Origin: Hemiscyllium ocellatum
Taxonomy: Eukaryota
Assembly (NCBI RefSeq): GCF_020745735.1
Contig: NW_026867451.1
Coordinates: 62,001 to 126,000 of the forward strand
DNA: 64,000 nt
Direction: 5' to 3'
Shown: positions 13,130 through 23,210 of the stretch, one piece after another
Position numbering within the stretch: the first letter of the stretch is position 1
How the letters are laid out: each line of letters starts with the position of its first letter
The notes under the pieces: model-generated
Told to the model about the DNA's origin: nothing
Database searches by the model: none
Seen by the model: the letters and a program-made list of their open reading frames with translations, nothing else
Made by a program: the position numbers and the translations under genes

Positions 13130-13710
13130 CAATGTCTTAGTTAAAAATTTGAAGCAATCACAGCTCCAAACATTTACACAATATCACTATGGATCTTCCT
13201 TGAGTCCAAAAAAAAATCCCTTTGATCAATGATTTGTAAAATTTGTTCCCATATCTTTTTTTGAAGGACGTTTTCAAATAACTTGAAGTGCAAATGGTTC
13301 ACATCAGTCGGAATACAGTAACATTTCATGTGTTACCCCACACAAAAAAAATCAAGCAATTTTGTTATCACGAGTTGTTCTAAGCAAGTCTAGGATGGAC
13401 TGTTTTATCAAACAAAATCATTTCCAATGTTGTGAGGGCTCGTCTATCTTCTGTGCAATGGTCTGAATTTTGTATCTGAATGCAGATGTAACTGGCTGCT
13501 CTGGGTAAAAGTACAGTTTGTGCCTTTCACATTGTTAATGTGTATTGCTGACTTTAGTTGAATAAAGTGATGTTGTCCCAGGCATCGTCTGGCACCATTA
13601 ATTAGACCATTAATTTCCACATTGCTAGCCGGAGAGTCAGGTGGAGTTTATTAATATCATTGAACCGAAGGCTTGGAATATTTCCGGTATGAATCATGTG
13701 AATTAGAGCC
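13130..13710 (-). repeat. Inverted duplicate of 15328-15922 (includes decayed CR1 RT sequence)
   Basis: Reverse complement aligns by eye over about 580 bp, e.g. GTGGAAATTAATGGTCTAATTAATGGTGCCAGACGATGCCTGGG is shared exactly. Confidence 0.88.
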
Positions 13711-15327
13711 TCTGAACGAGACAAAGTAGGAAAGATGAATTGAGGAAAGATGAAGTTTTCACGACAGAGAGAGATCACTTCGCCCATTACACCTGTATCA
13801 TGTGAAAACAGAACCTTCCAGCCAACACCCACTTTATAGCATGTTGTCCATAACCCTGCAGGTGATAGCACTTGAAGTAAACATTCGGGAACATTGTGTA
13901 GGGTCTAATCCATTATCAACATAGATATGATCTCCAATGCTGTAAATCCTGGCTTATGGGGAAAAAAGTAGGGGCAGAACTCCCATTTCTAAACGTTGTT
14001 TCTCAGGACGTTTTGACAATTCTTGACTTAATATCATTGTAAACTGACATGAAAAAAATGCAGACATGTTCCCCAGAAACGCTGACAGCAACATACCTTT
14101 ACTCAGTCAAGATCAGCAAGATGAATTAAGAAAGTTTTAAAAATCTTTCTTTTAACTGATTATTGACAACACGGATTTCACAAAGTGAAACGTACAGAAG
14201 GGAAGGGGGGAGGGCTGGGTGTGGACGATGTTCACTTGTGAGAAACAAAGCTCACACACTTCAATAATTTCAGTCCGAGACAAAATCTGAATCAGTGGTG
14301 CCCTTTACTTTACTCTTGCAAGACGGTGTGATGTCCACTGTCCACAAGGCAGGGACACACACACTGAATTCAACTAATACACGATATTTATGTAATTTGG
14401 TTTCTATTTTTTTATTTCATTGCTCCTCCCCTGTTTACATCTTCCACTTCCCTAAGACCGGCGCCCTCCTTGTCTGTGACAAATGCTTATTTCTGGCCTC
14501 ACAAGGCTGTTTGACCTCATCCCGCTGTGGCCCATTGTTAGGCATATCCTTTCTTCACTATTATCTATTCCCTCCATCTGTGCCTTCCCCTACCATACTG
14601 ATCCTTATGAACCTTTTAATTGGGGTTTGTTCCTGTGTTTCAGTAAAAGTGGGAAACAAATGTTTATACCTACTGTTTGTACAGGCGTATCTAGCTTAAC
14701 TCCCTCCCCTCACAGCATCTTATCTATTCGTCTGTAATATCTACCATTGTTTTGCAGTCACGTTTCATTCTTGCATACAATTTTAGTGAATACAAAAACA
14801 ATTATGTATTTCCTCTATATAGTTTCCATTCTTGTTGACTCAGCTCTTGGCTGAAACAATTACACACTGGTGTGAGTTCATTTACTTTGTATAAGTAATT
14901 ATAATTGCAGAAGTAACACTACTTTACCTATATCCCACACACTGTTCCCTGATGTCTGGTTGCATTTGTGAGCAACAGGTGAACCTGCGAACCAGATTCA
15001 GGATGGTACTGCAGGTATTTCAGCAGATACTGTGTAAACGGAATTCTCCCATAAATCAGCAATGACATGAACATTTATTTTTTATGGTGTTTGAAACCAA
15101 ATAAAATTGAACAATATGCTGGGACAAGTTCCTTTCATTTCTTTGAACTAGTATCAAGGGACACTCTCTGTGGGCCTGGGGTGGCAGGAGGATCTTTAAC
15201 AGCAGAATGTGAGGGAACAAAGTTACCGTTGGAAATCCAGATAGACTGGAACTTGTTTCACTGGAGGGTGAGAGTTCGGGGGGGTGACCTCATATAAGTT
15301 TATAAAGCCATGAGTGGAAAGGTGAAT

Positions 15328-15922
15328 GGCTCTAATTTACATGATTCATCCTGGAAATGTACGAAGCTTTCGTTTCAAAAATATCACATATCAATAAACT
15401 CCACCTGATCCTCTGGCGAGCGATGTGGAAATTAATGGTCTAATTAATGGTGCCAGACGATGCCTGGGGCAACATCCCTTTATTCAACTAAAGTCAGCAA
15501 TATACATTAACAATGTGAAAGGCGCAAACTGTACTTTTACCCAGAGCAGCCAGTTTCATCTGCAGTCAGACACAACTTCAAAATTCAGACCATTGCACAG
15601 AAGATAGACGAGCCCTCACAACACTGGAAATGATTTTGTTTGATAAAAGAATTCATCGTAGACTTCCTCAGAGCAACTCATGTCAACAAACTTGTTTTTT
15701 TTGTGTGTGGGGTAACACACGAAATGTCACTTTAATACGATTGATGTGAACCACTTGCATTTCAGAAGTTATTTGAAAACGTCCATCACATTAGATACGC
15801 GAATAAATTTTACAAATCATTGATCAAAGGGGACAATCTTTTTTGGACTCAAGGAAGATCCATAGTAATATTTTGTAAATGTTTGGAGCTGGGATTGTTT
15901 TCAATTTTTGACCCAGACATTG
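15328..15922 (+). repeat. Partner arm of the inverted duplication; 3' part is decayed CR1 RT (IDV..L.FQK.FE.V.H motif)
   Basis: See 13130-13710; also present in the cluster 2 flank at about 52547-53140. Confidence 0.85.
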
Positions 15923-18012
15923 TTGTATTTTCCCTATGGTGGGGGATTTCAACAATAGGGAACATGTTTTACAATGAGAGGAGAAAAATTTTTAAAACGA
16001 TATCAGAGGCAGCTTTTTATACAGAGAATGGTTTGTGTGTGGGATGATCTGGTGGTGGATACTTACAACCTATAGAAGACATTTGGATAAGTAAATGAAT
16101 ATCAAATGTTTGGAAGGATATGGGCCAAGTACACACAGGTGGGATTAGTTTAGTTTGGGATTATGACTGGCATGGACTGGTTGGACTGAAGTGTCTGTTT
16201 CCATGCTGTATCACTCCATGACTCTATGACTATTTATCAATTTTTCTCAATATTAAACAGTGCTGTAGTGATCCTCGAATGAACTGTTGATGTTTAGGTT
16301 GTGTCTGAGACTCTGCGAATATTTCCTTCAATGAGAGGAGTGACTAGTTCTCCAAGTTTCACAACTGAAAAATAAACTTTTCTCCAGTATTGTTGCTGAG
16401 TAGATGTGTTCCTGCAGAGGCAGTGGTTATGGTCTGCAGTTTGCTTTCCACCAACTGGTCAACAGTGAGACAAAATATCTTTGATCCCCTGCAGAAACTC
16501 CACCTGCTTCCAGTAAATGAACCTGGGAACTCAAGGACCTTTTCTGCAGTCAGCTTAATTGCTGCCAACTATTGTATCTGGCCGATTAAAGGGAAAATGA
16601 ATCAACTAAAGTAAAATCCTACCAAACAAACTATATTTTCCCATTTACTCACAATGGATACATTTCACTTGGCATTTCTTCTTTAAAAAGGAAAGTCACT
16701 GAATACAGCATTCACTGTATGACTATCAGAAACAGGACATTGAATGCAATGACATTCTGGTTAGTTCAGCCTGTTTATTGAGTATCTTTAAAGCTCCTGA
16801 ATATGAAGTTAATGGATCCAAAATCCCACATTGCAGTAACATTTGTTATCATCTCAAAGTAAATTAACAAACTTGAATTGGTTCAAACTCACATCACTTG
16901 GTACACCATTCTCTGATTCATTTATCTCATTAAAACTGAGTGGGCCCTTTATACATGGTTAACACTGGTGTCGTGTAACAGCGAATTTCTGCTTATTTTT
17001 ATGAGTTAACTGCCCCTGTCAGAGCTATCAGTGAGCAGAGAAATGTACTGTTTATAACCTACATTCGTGGTAATGATTATTGTAATACTCTCTAATTTAA
17101 CCAAACACTCCTGATGTACCCAGACAGTTACCTGCAATGGTTTAGATGTTGAGGATTTTATTAAAAGAAACGTATGGACTGTCCTGTTCTAGTTCATTAG
17201 ATGCTCTTTCAAAAGTTTACCTAGGTGTTATGTATCACTGCCAACTCACTTTTTGTTTCTCAGGCACACAGCTTTCCTTTACTATGCATTTTAAAAAATT
17301 TGAAAAAAAAGATGCAAGGAGAGACATTCTGCAATGTAAGGAGGTGCTTCTAATCTCCGGGTCCAAGCTGTTTAGTGATATCCACTCACATTCTGAACAT
17401 AATCACTTTAGTCCTGCTCCATATTAGGTTGCCTAAATGGAATTTAGAAACGCAGATTAGAAATGGGATGTTATTTTGTAAAGTGAGAGAGACGTTGAGT
17501 GACAGCAAAAATAAAGTCACTCATTTTGTTGGTTAATAATATGATTGAAGTTCTTTTTAGCTTTATCTGCTTGTGGTGGAATGTAGAATTAAAGGGAGTT
17601 AACTTCTAATTGAATATTCTGAATATAATCACTTTGGACACGCTCTGTATTCAGTTGCCTAAATTGAATTTTGAAATGTTTAGTATGAATTACATGTTAT
17701 TTTGTAGTGGGACAGAGACTGGCAGTGTCCTGGGGAAATAAAACTCAATTGTTTTACTAGCTAGTAATACGTTTGAACTTTGATTTTAGTTTTATCTGTT
17801 TGTGAATGAATGTAGAAATAAAGGGAGGTAACTTCCGAATGGATTTATTTTAAAACAAAATACTTGCAACTATCATGTGAAATAGACCTGAAGGTACTCA
17901 ATTTTACTTCCACCATTAAAAAAAACACTCCCAAAGAAGCTATTCAGCAAAATAAATATCCCAAGATGTGTATATATCCATGTTTAAGCGTAACCTGGTA
18001 AATACATGAGCC

Positions 18013-18118
18013 CATGTGTTGGGGCTGTGCAAGCTGAGACCAGGATCCAGTCTCAGCCTCCAGCAGGAAACCAACAGGCGGAAGCTGTGAGCCTGCCCTT
18101 TCCGATGGCCATATAAAT
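18013..18118 (+). promoter_or_regulatory. VH promoter region, cluster 1: E-box CATGTG (18013-18018), 8-bp inverted repeat (18033-18057), GGAA cores, TATA-like ATATAAAT (18111-18118); no octamer
   Basis: TATA-like box about 90 nt upstream of the leader ATG; motifs read directly, function inferred. Confidence 0.6.
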
Positions 18119-18204
18119 CCTAGGCACTGGACCGTAATTCAACACTCCGGGATCGGCTTTGTTTAGAAAGATCTTGACAGAACCGCTTCCCAGAAGTTAT
18201 CAGA

Positions 18205-18253
18205 ATGATTGTGTCGACAATTTTTCTCAGTTTATTACTGACTTTCTTATCAT
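18205..18253 (+). CDS. IGHV: VH leader exon, cluster 1 (MIVSTIFLSLLLTFLS)
   Basis: ATG at 18205, hydrophobic signal peptide, phase-1 donor T|GTGAGT at 18254, 105-nt intron ending TTTTAAAG at 18358. Confidence 0.93.
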
Positions 18254-18358
18254 GTGAGTGTTTTTTTGTTTAAGTCTGTCTTTGTTGCTGTCTCAATGTT
18301 AGTCTACCTCAGGAATGTAAAAGTAATGCTCATGGTTTATTTCTTGTCTTTTTTAAAG

Positions 18359-18663
18359 GTGTCCAGTCGGAGGTTGTTTTGACCCAGCCAGAGGCAGAGA
18401 CTGGCCATCCCGGAAGCAGCCTGACACTGACCTGTAAAACCAGCGGGTTCGATCTCAGCAGCTACTACATGTACTGGGTCCGCCAGGTTCCCGGCCAGGG
18501 TCTGGAGTGGCTGCTGTACTACTATAGTTCATCCAGCAATAACTATGCACCAGCGATTCAGGGTCGATTTACTGCGTCCAAAGACAATTCAAACAACATT
18601 TTCTCGTTGAAAATGACTAACCTGAAGATCGAAGACACCGCCATCTATTACTGTGCAAGATAC
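18359..18663 (+). CDS. IGHV: VH exon, cluster 1 (CVQS|[97 protein letters not shown])
   Basis: Canonical V-set motifs (first Cys, [20 protein letters not shown]), followed directly by an RSS heptamer. Confidence 0.98.
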
Positions 18664-18702
18664 CACAGCGAGAGGAACCAGGGCTGGACCCGTTCAAAAA
18701 CA
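18664..18702 (+). other. VH 3' RSS, 23-bp spacer (CACAGCG-23-TCAAAAACA)
   Basis: Heptamer 18664-18670, nonamer 18694-18702; consensus is CACAGTG/ACAAAAACC. Confidence 0.93.
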
Positions 18703-19050
18703 GCTCGAGGGAACATTTTGTCAATTCCATCATAAACTGATGGTCAGTTTGAGTTTTAAATGCAATTATACCAACTGCGATCTGAAGCAGACCTCAGGCT
18801 GCCTCTTACAAAGCTATCAAAGAGGAAATGTACCATTTAAACTAGGAAACTGGTGACACAATGGGACAATGTTTTAGGCATGTCATATGTACTGCTAACA
18901 CTTCCATCAATTAAATGCTGGGACAAAATATATCTGACAGCTCAGGAAATCACTGCTAATTGTTATGTCAACTATGGCATTCATTCTAAACATGATCAGT
19001 ACTAAATGGCTCTTTCAAATGAAAATTGAGACCTAGAGTAAAGAACAGAG

Positions 19051-19078
19051 AATGAGTGTACTGGTCTACATCATTGTG
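19051..19078 (-). other. D1 5' RSS, 12-bp spacer (read on minus: CACAATG-12-ACACTCATT), degenerate nonamer
   Basis: Heptamer CATTGTG at 19072-19078 abuts D1; the nonamer position matches consensus at only 4 of 9 bases. Confidence 0.7.
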
Positions 19079-19092
19079 ATACTACAGTGGGT
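19079..19092 (+). CDS. Diversity segment D1, cluster 1 (ATACTACAGTGGGT)
   Basis: 14 nt flanked by heptamers on both sides; the YYSG frame is typical of shark D1; about 415 bp downstream of VH. Confidence 0.93.
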
Positions 19093-19130
19093 CACAGTGC
19101 TGTGCACAGCGACATCCTCATACAATAACC
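19093..19130 (+). other. D1 3' RSS, 22-bp spacer (CACAGTG-22-ACAATAACC)
   Basis: Perfect heptamer 19093-19099; nonamer 19122-19130 with 1 mismatch. Confidence 0.93.
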
Positions 19131-19433
19131 ACTGACAAGGATTTATCTCAAATTGGTGATTTCTACCGTGGCAGGAGCATGAAATAATGTGAGATGCAAT
19201 TTAAACACAATCCAGTCGGGCTAGTTTGTACAAATGTAGAATTATTTTCTACCTTCTTCGTGTTGATTGTCAAGTTAAATGCAGACCAAACCTGGAAAAG
19301 TATTCCAAGCTTTCAAAATACAATGAATAGTAAAAGCTGAAATAATGCACCAAATCATTTTTAAAGGAGTCTGAATCACTGCTTTCTAGGAAGTGAAGAA
19401 ATTATTTGCATTTTACAGTTTACAGTCTGTCAT

Positions 19434-19461
19434 AGTATTTGACACAACGTGTCTCACAGTG
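19434..19461 (-). other. D2 5' RSS, 12-bp spacer (read on minus: CACTGTG-12-TCAAATACT)
   Basis: Heptamer 19455-19461 abuts D2; nonamer 19434-19442 matches 6 of 9. Confidence 0.85.
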
Positions 19462-19475
19462 ATATAGCTGGGTGA
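19462..19475 (+). CDS. Diversity segment D2, cluster 1 (ATATAGCTGGGTGA)
   Basis: 14 nt between two 12-spacer RSSs, 369 bp after D1 and 393 bp before JH. Confidence 0.92.
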
Positions 19476-19503
19476 CACTGCAATTATGATCAATACAAAA
19501 ACC
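19476..19503 (+). other. D2 3' RSS, 12-bp spacer (CACTGCA-12-ACAAAAACC)
   Basis: Perfect nonamer 19495-19503; heptamer keeps CAC. Confidence 0.92.
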
Positions 19504-19829
19504 TATTCAGCCTCCATTGTTTGAAACTAGTCAGTGATTACTTCTACAAACCATCTTAACTTGCAGTTCGGTATTAGTTCTGTGGGGTTTTATGCCAGTA
19601 TCACTATTTAATTTGTAAAAGTGTTGGGTAATTATTGATACACCAGTTGGGGATTTTGAGAATCAGCTATGTGTTACTCTGTGAAGTATAAAACAGTATT
19701 AAAATTTATCAAGAATGATCAAAATTCACTCGCGCAATTATGTGATGAAGATTTATCGTGACTTTATTTTGCCTGTGGTTCTGAAAATTTAAAATGATGG
19801 TAGATTTTTGATTTGTTTTATGCAGAGCT

Positions 19830-19868
19830 AGTTATTGTGTGATCCAGTCCAGAGAATGTAACACTGTG
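19830..19868 (-). other. JH 5' RSS, 23-bp spacer (top strand AGTTATTGT-23-CACTGTG)
   Basis: Perfect heptamer 19862-19868; nonamer 19830-19838 matches 7 of 9. Confidence 0.92.
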
Positions 19869-19916
19869 ACTATCTTGGCTACTGGGGCCAAGGGACCATG
19901 GTGACAGTGACTTCAG
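19869..19916 (+). CDS. IGHJ: JH segment, cluster 1 (YLGYWGQGTMVTVTS)
   Basis: WGQG motif and VTVTS; phase-1 donor G|GTAAGA at 19917. Confidence 0.97.
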
Positions 19917-20441
19917 GTAAGAACTTTGAACATTCTTAGTGACTTTTTAAAAACTTTCTATTCATGTGACTAATTTCTGAATTAAATGAAACTCAGATTC
20001 TGTGCTGAGTTTGGTTTGGTTCGGATTGATTTTTGTTCAGACTGATTATAGACTTCAGTTAAGGCTCAGCAAATAGTTAAAATGGTGATGATGGAGTCAT
20101 TTGCTCAGTGTATCTCTTTTTTTGATCAGATGGACATTCTATGTGGCTGGGTTACTTGAAACACCTAATGTCTCTTAATCAGTCAGCTATAAATAATGTT
20201 TAATGTCAGTGACACCCTGACTGTGAGTTTTATTATCAACAACAAATGCTACGAATTCAAAGATGTTCAAGATATTACCAAACATGACTAAAATATGCTA
20301 AAATATCATTATTCATTTCTTGAATATATGTTCTTACCATGATTATATTTTCTCATTTATTTTGTTAATTTTGTTGATGACAAGCAGGTTAGAAACTGTC
20401 ATCAAAGTTTCTTGCGGTGCTATATTGCATTCTGTTGATTA

Positions 20442-20726
20442 GATTCGGAGTTTGTTTTACTTGATTCTGTTGAATTGAGTTGATTGGATTTTGGCTTTGT
20501 TTTAGTTGATTCGGGTTGAACTGTGTTGATTGGATTCTGACTTTGTTTTTACTTGGTTTTGTTGAATTGTGTTGATTGACTTTTGAAATGGTTTTATTTG
20601 ATTCTGTTGAATTGAATTGGTTGGATTCTGATTATGTTTCATTCAAATCTGTTGTTTTAAGTTGATTGGATTCTGATTTTATTTTCCTTGATTCTGTTGA
20701 ATTGAGTTGATTGGATTCTTATTCAG
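20442..20726 (+). repeat. Degenerate 45-46 bp tandem repeat, about 6.3 units, in the J-C intron
   Basis: Unit starts at 20442, 20487, 20533, 20578, 20624, 20669, 20714; core TTGATTCTGTTGAATTGAGTTGATTGGATT. Confidence 0.88.
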
Positions 20727-22331
20727 TTTGTGAAATTGATCTGCGTTTTCGTGCTTTCTGAATCGATGTTTTCTTTCTGGTGAGGAGATTGACTCTCTGG
20801 AATACTTTTCATTACCAATATTTGTGAAGTTCTTTTGTTTTTCATGAATCATTTCTGCATTTGTTAAACTTATATGACACATTTTTCTCTGCTTGATTGA
20901 AAACATGACATCCATTTGTAACGGTCTGAAAAACAACTTAAGGCAGAAACCCAGATGTGTGAGAAATGAAAAAAAAACGAGTTTTTAATGGATTGACTTT
21001 AAACAAAAAACTCCGTTCTAATTGTAAACGAACTGAATTTTGTTTTAAGTAGCCTCATTCAAAATAAAATTTGGGACCTAAATCTGAAACTGCAGAATTG
21101 ATCAGATTACGTAATTGAAACTAACTTAAAATTATAATGTGGTAATATTTGTCCATTCAGTAATTTTGTTTTGACCATGAGGTGATTAATCAATATATGC
21201 CTTCAACCCCACTCTACTGTGCACTGCACAAGATTGTCATGATCAGGAAGGGTGTGCAGGTTAGAAATAAATTGAACTATTGCCAGAAACGTTACAGCTT
21301 TAAGTGTTAAGTCCCCTCACAAACAAGGTTGCTATTATGACCTGTTATTTCTATTCAATTTAATCATTAGTTTGCTTGATTCTGAGCAGCTTTGTTAGAC
21401 TTCAATTTGGTTTTATTTGTGAGGTGACATCATGTTCTTGGTTCTGTTGAAAATGTTTGCAGAGCTAGTTCTGCTGCAAACATACCGTGTTGTGATCTGG
21501 TGATCGTTGATCTGTTGAGGAGGGACTGTGCTTGGGTAACATTAAATGTGTTATATTTGGGAAACCGTTTCTGGTTTCTACATTGTTTTTGCAATGTTAA
21601 CACGGTTGGTGACAGTGAACTGCTCTTTCCTCATTCAATGCAATCAGCATGCGAGTTACAATTTCATAAAGTCTATTATAAAGTGAAAGGCAAATCGCAC
21701 AGGTTTTAGAAATGAAGGGAAAACAGATACCTTCAGGTGCTATTTTTACTTAAAATAAATAATTAAGGATTAATCTAATCCATGCTTTACAATCCAAATT
21801 CGAAACTCAACTATCTAGTTCAATCACAAGGTCTGTCTTTAAGCAGTTTACAAGTCATAGAGAAATATAAATAGAATTTCAAAAGTCTAATGTTCTAATA
21901 GTTCTTGCTCTTGAGCAAAAATGCCATGACTGTGCTATAATTGATCAAGAAACACCTTTCAATTCCCCTGTACACTACATACATATTTTCTGGCTGGAAA
22001 AGATCATTGGCAAAGACCATTTGGAAATTCTGCTCAATTCTATGAAGAACAGATCAGTTTCACTGCTTTGATCAGTTTCACATATAACTTGAGTTAATTA
22101 ATTGTTATGTCCCTGATTAAACTGGATTTGCAGGATAAAAATAAAACATTAACTGAATTATTTAACCTGCACAGTGCTTTAGGTGTTCCCAATCTGTGCA
22201 TGTTAAATAAATAGTTACATTTTACAACAAAATATCAACTGAAGAGTCATTCTTCGGGAAACAACTGCTATAGTGAATTATGTGACCAACCAAATTTCGA
22301 ATTAATTAAAGTAATCCACTCATGAACTCCA

Positions 22332-22671
22332 GGGCAGCATGGTGGCTCAGTGATTGGCATTGCTGCCTCACAGCGCCAGGGTCCCAAATTTGATTCCACC
22401 CTCGGGTGACTGCCTGTGTGGAGTTTGCACATTCTCCCTGTGTCTGTGTGGGTTTCCTTCGGGCGCTGTGGTTTCCTACCACAGTCCAAAAGATGTGCAG
22501 GTCAGGTGATTGTGCAGTTTAGCACAGCCATAGTGTTCAGGGATGTCTAGGTTAGGGTGCATTAGTCAAGGACAAATATAAATTAGGGGGAATGGGTCTG
22601 GGTGGGCTACTTACTGTTCAGAGGGTCAGTGTGGAATTGTTGGGCCAAATGGCCTGTTTCCATACTGTAGG
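22332..22671 (+). mobile_element. HE1-type tRNA-derived SINE
   Basis: tRNA-like head (GGTGGCTCAGTG...GATTCC), V-SINE core GTGTGGAGTTTGCACATTCTCCC, tail GGGCCAAATGGCCTGTTTCC. Confidence 0.85.
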
Positions 22672-22932
22672 AACTCTCCTCTTAAAACCATGGGAGTACT
22701 TGCTGCAAACGCAGAAAATTCATTTTACATCGATGTGTTCAGGCGTATGCAGAGTTCACAAATTTGCAGAAGACATGAACTAGAGGATAACAGAGCACAT
22801 TGTTTATTCAAACACTGAAAATAGAGTAATATTTATTTTAATTAATATACTTGATCGATTTATTGCAATGTAGCGATCTGAAGGAATCTGCTCACATTAG
22901 TTCAGTGTGACAATCATTTAGATTAGATTTCC

Positions 22933-23210
22933 TGCAGTATGTATCAGGCCATTTGGCCCAACAAGTCCACACCGACCCTCTGAAGAGGAACCCACCCAGA
23001 CCCATTCCCCTACCCTATATTTACCCCTGACTAATGCACCTAACACTATAGACAATATAGCATGACCAGTTCACCTGACTTGCACATCTTTGGATTTTGG
23101 GAGGAAATCCACACAGACACAGGGGAGATTGTGTAAACTCCACATAGGCCGTCACCCGAGGCTGGAACCGAGCCTGGGTACCTGGATCTGTGAGGCAGCA
23201 GTGCCCACAT
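22933..23210 (-). mobile_element. HE1-type SINE, inverted relative to 22332-22671
   Basis: Reverse complement of the same head, core and tail. Confidence 0.82.

Noticed and set aside
14295-14699. 134-aa ORF upstream of VH
   Set aside because: Starts at a non-ATG codon, has no recognisable motif, and has no convincing splice context.
18664-18735. ORF extension [23 protein letters not shown] after YYCAR (also 55881-55952)
   Set aside because: This is read-through of the RSS and spacer, not part of the protein.
19093-19465. Reinsertion of the excised signal-joint fragment elsewhere in the window
   Set aside because: The D1-D2 spacer sequence was seen only once, in cluster 1.
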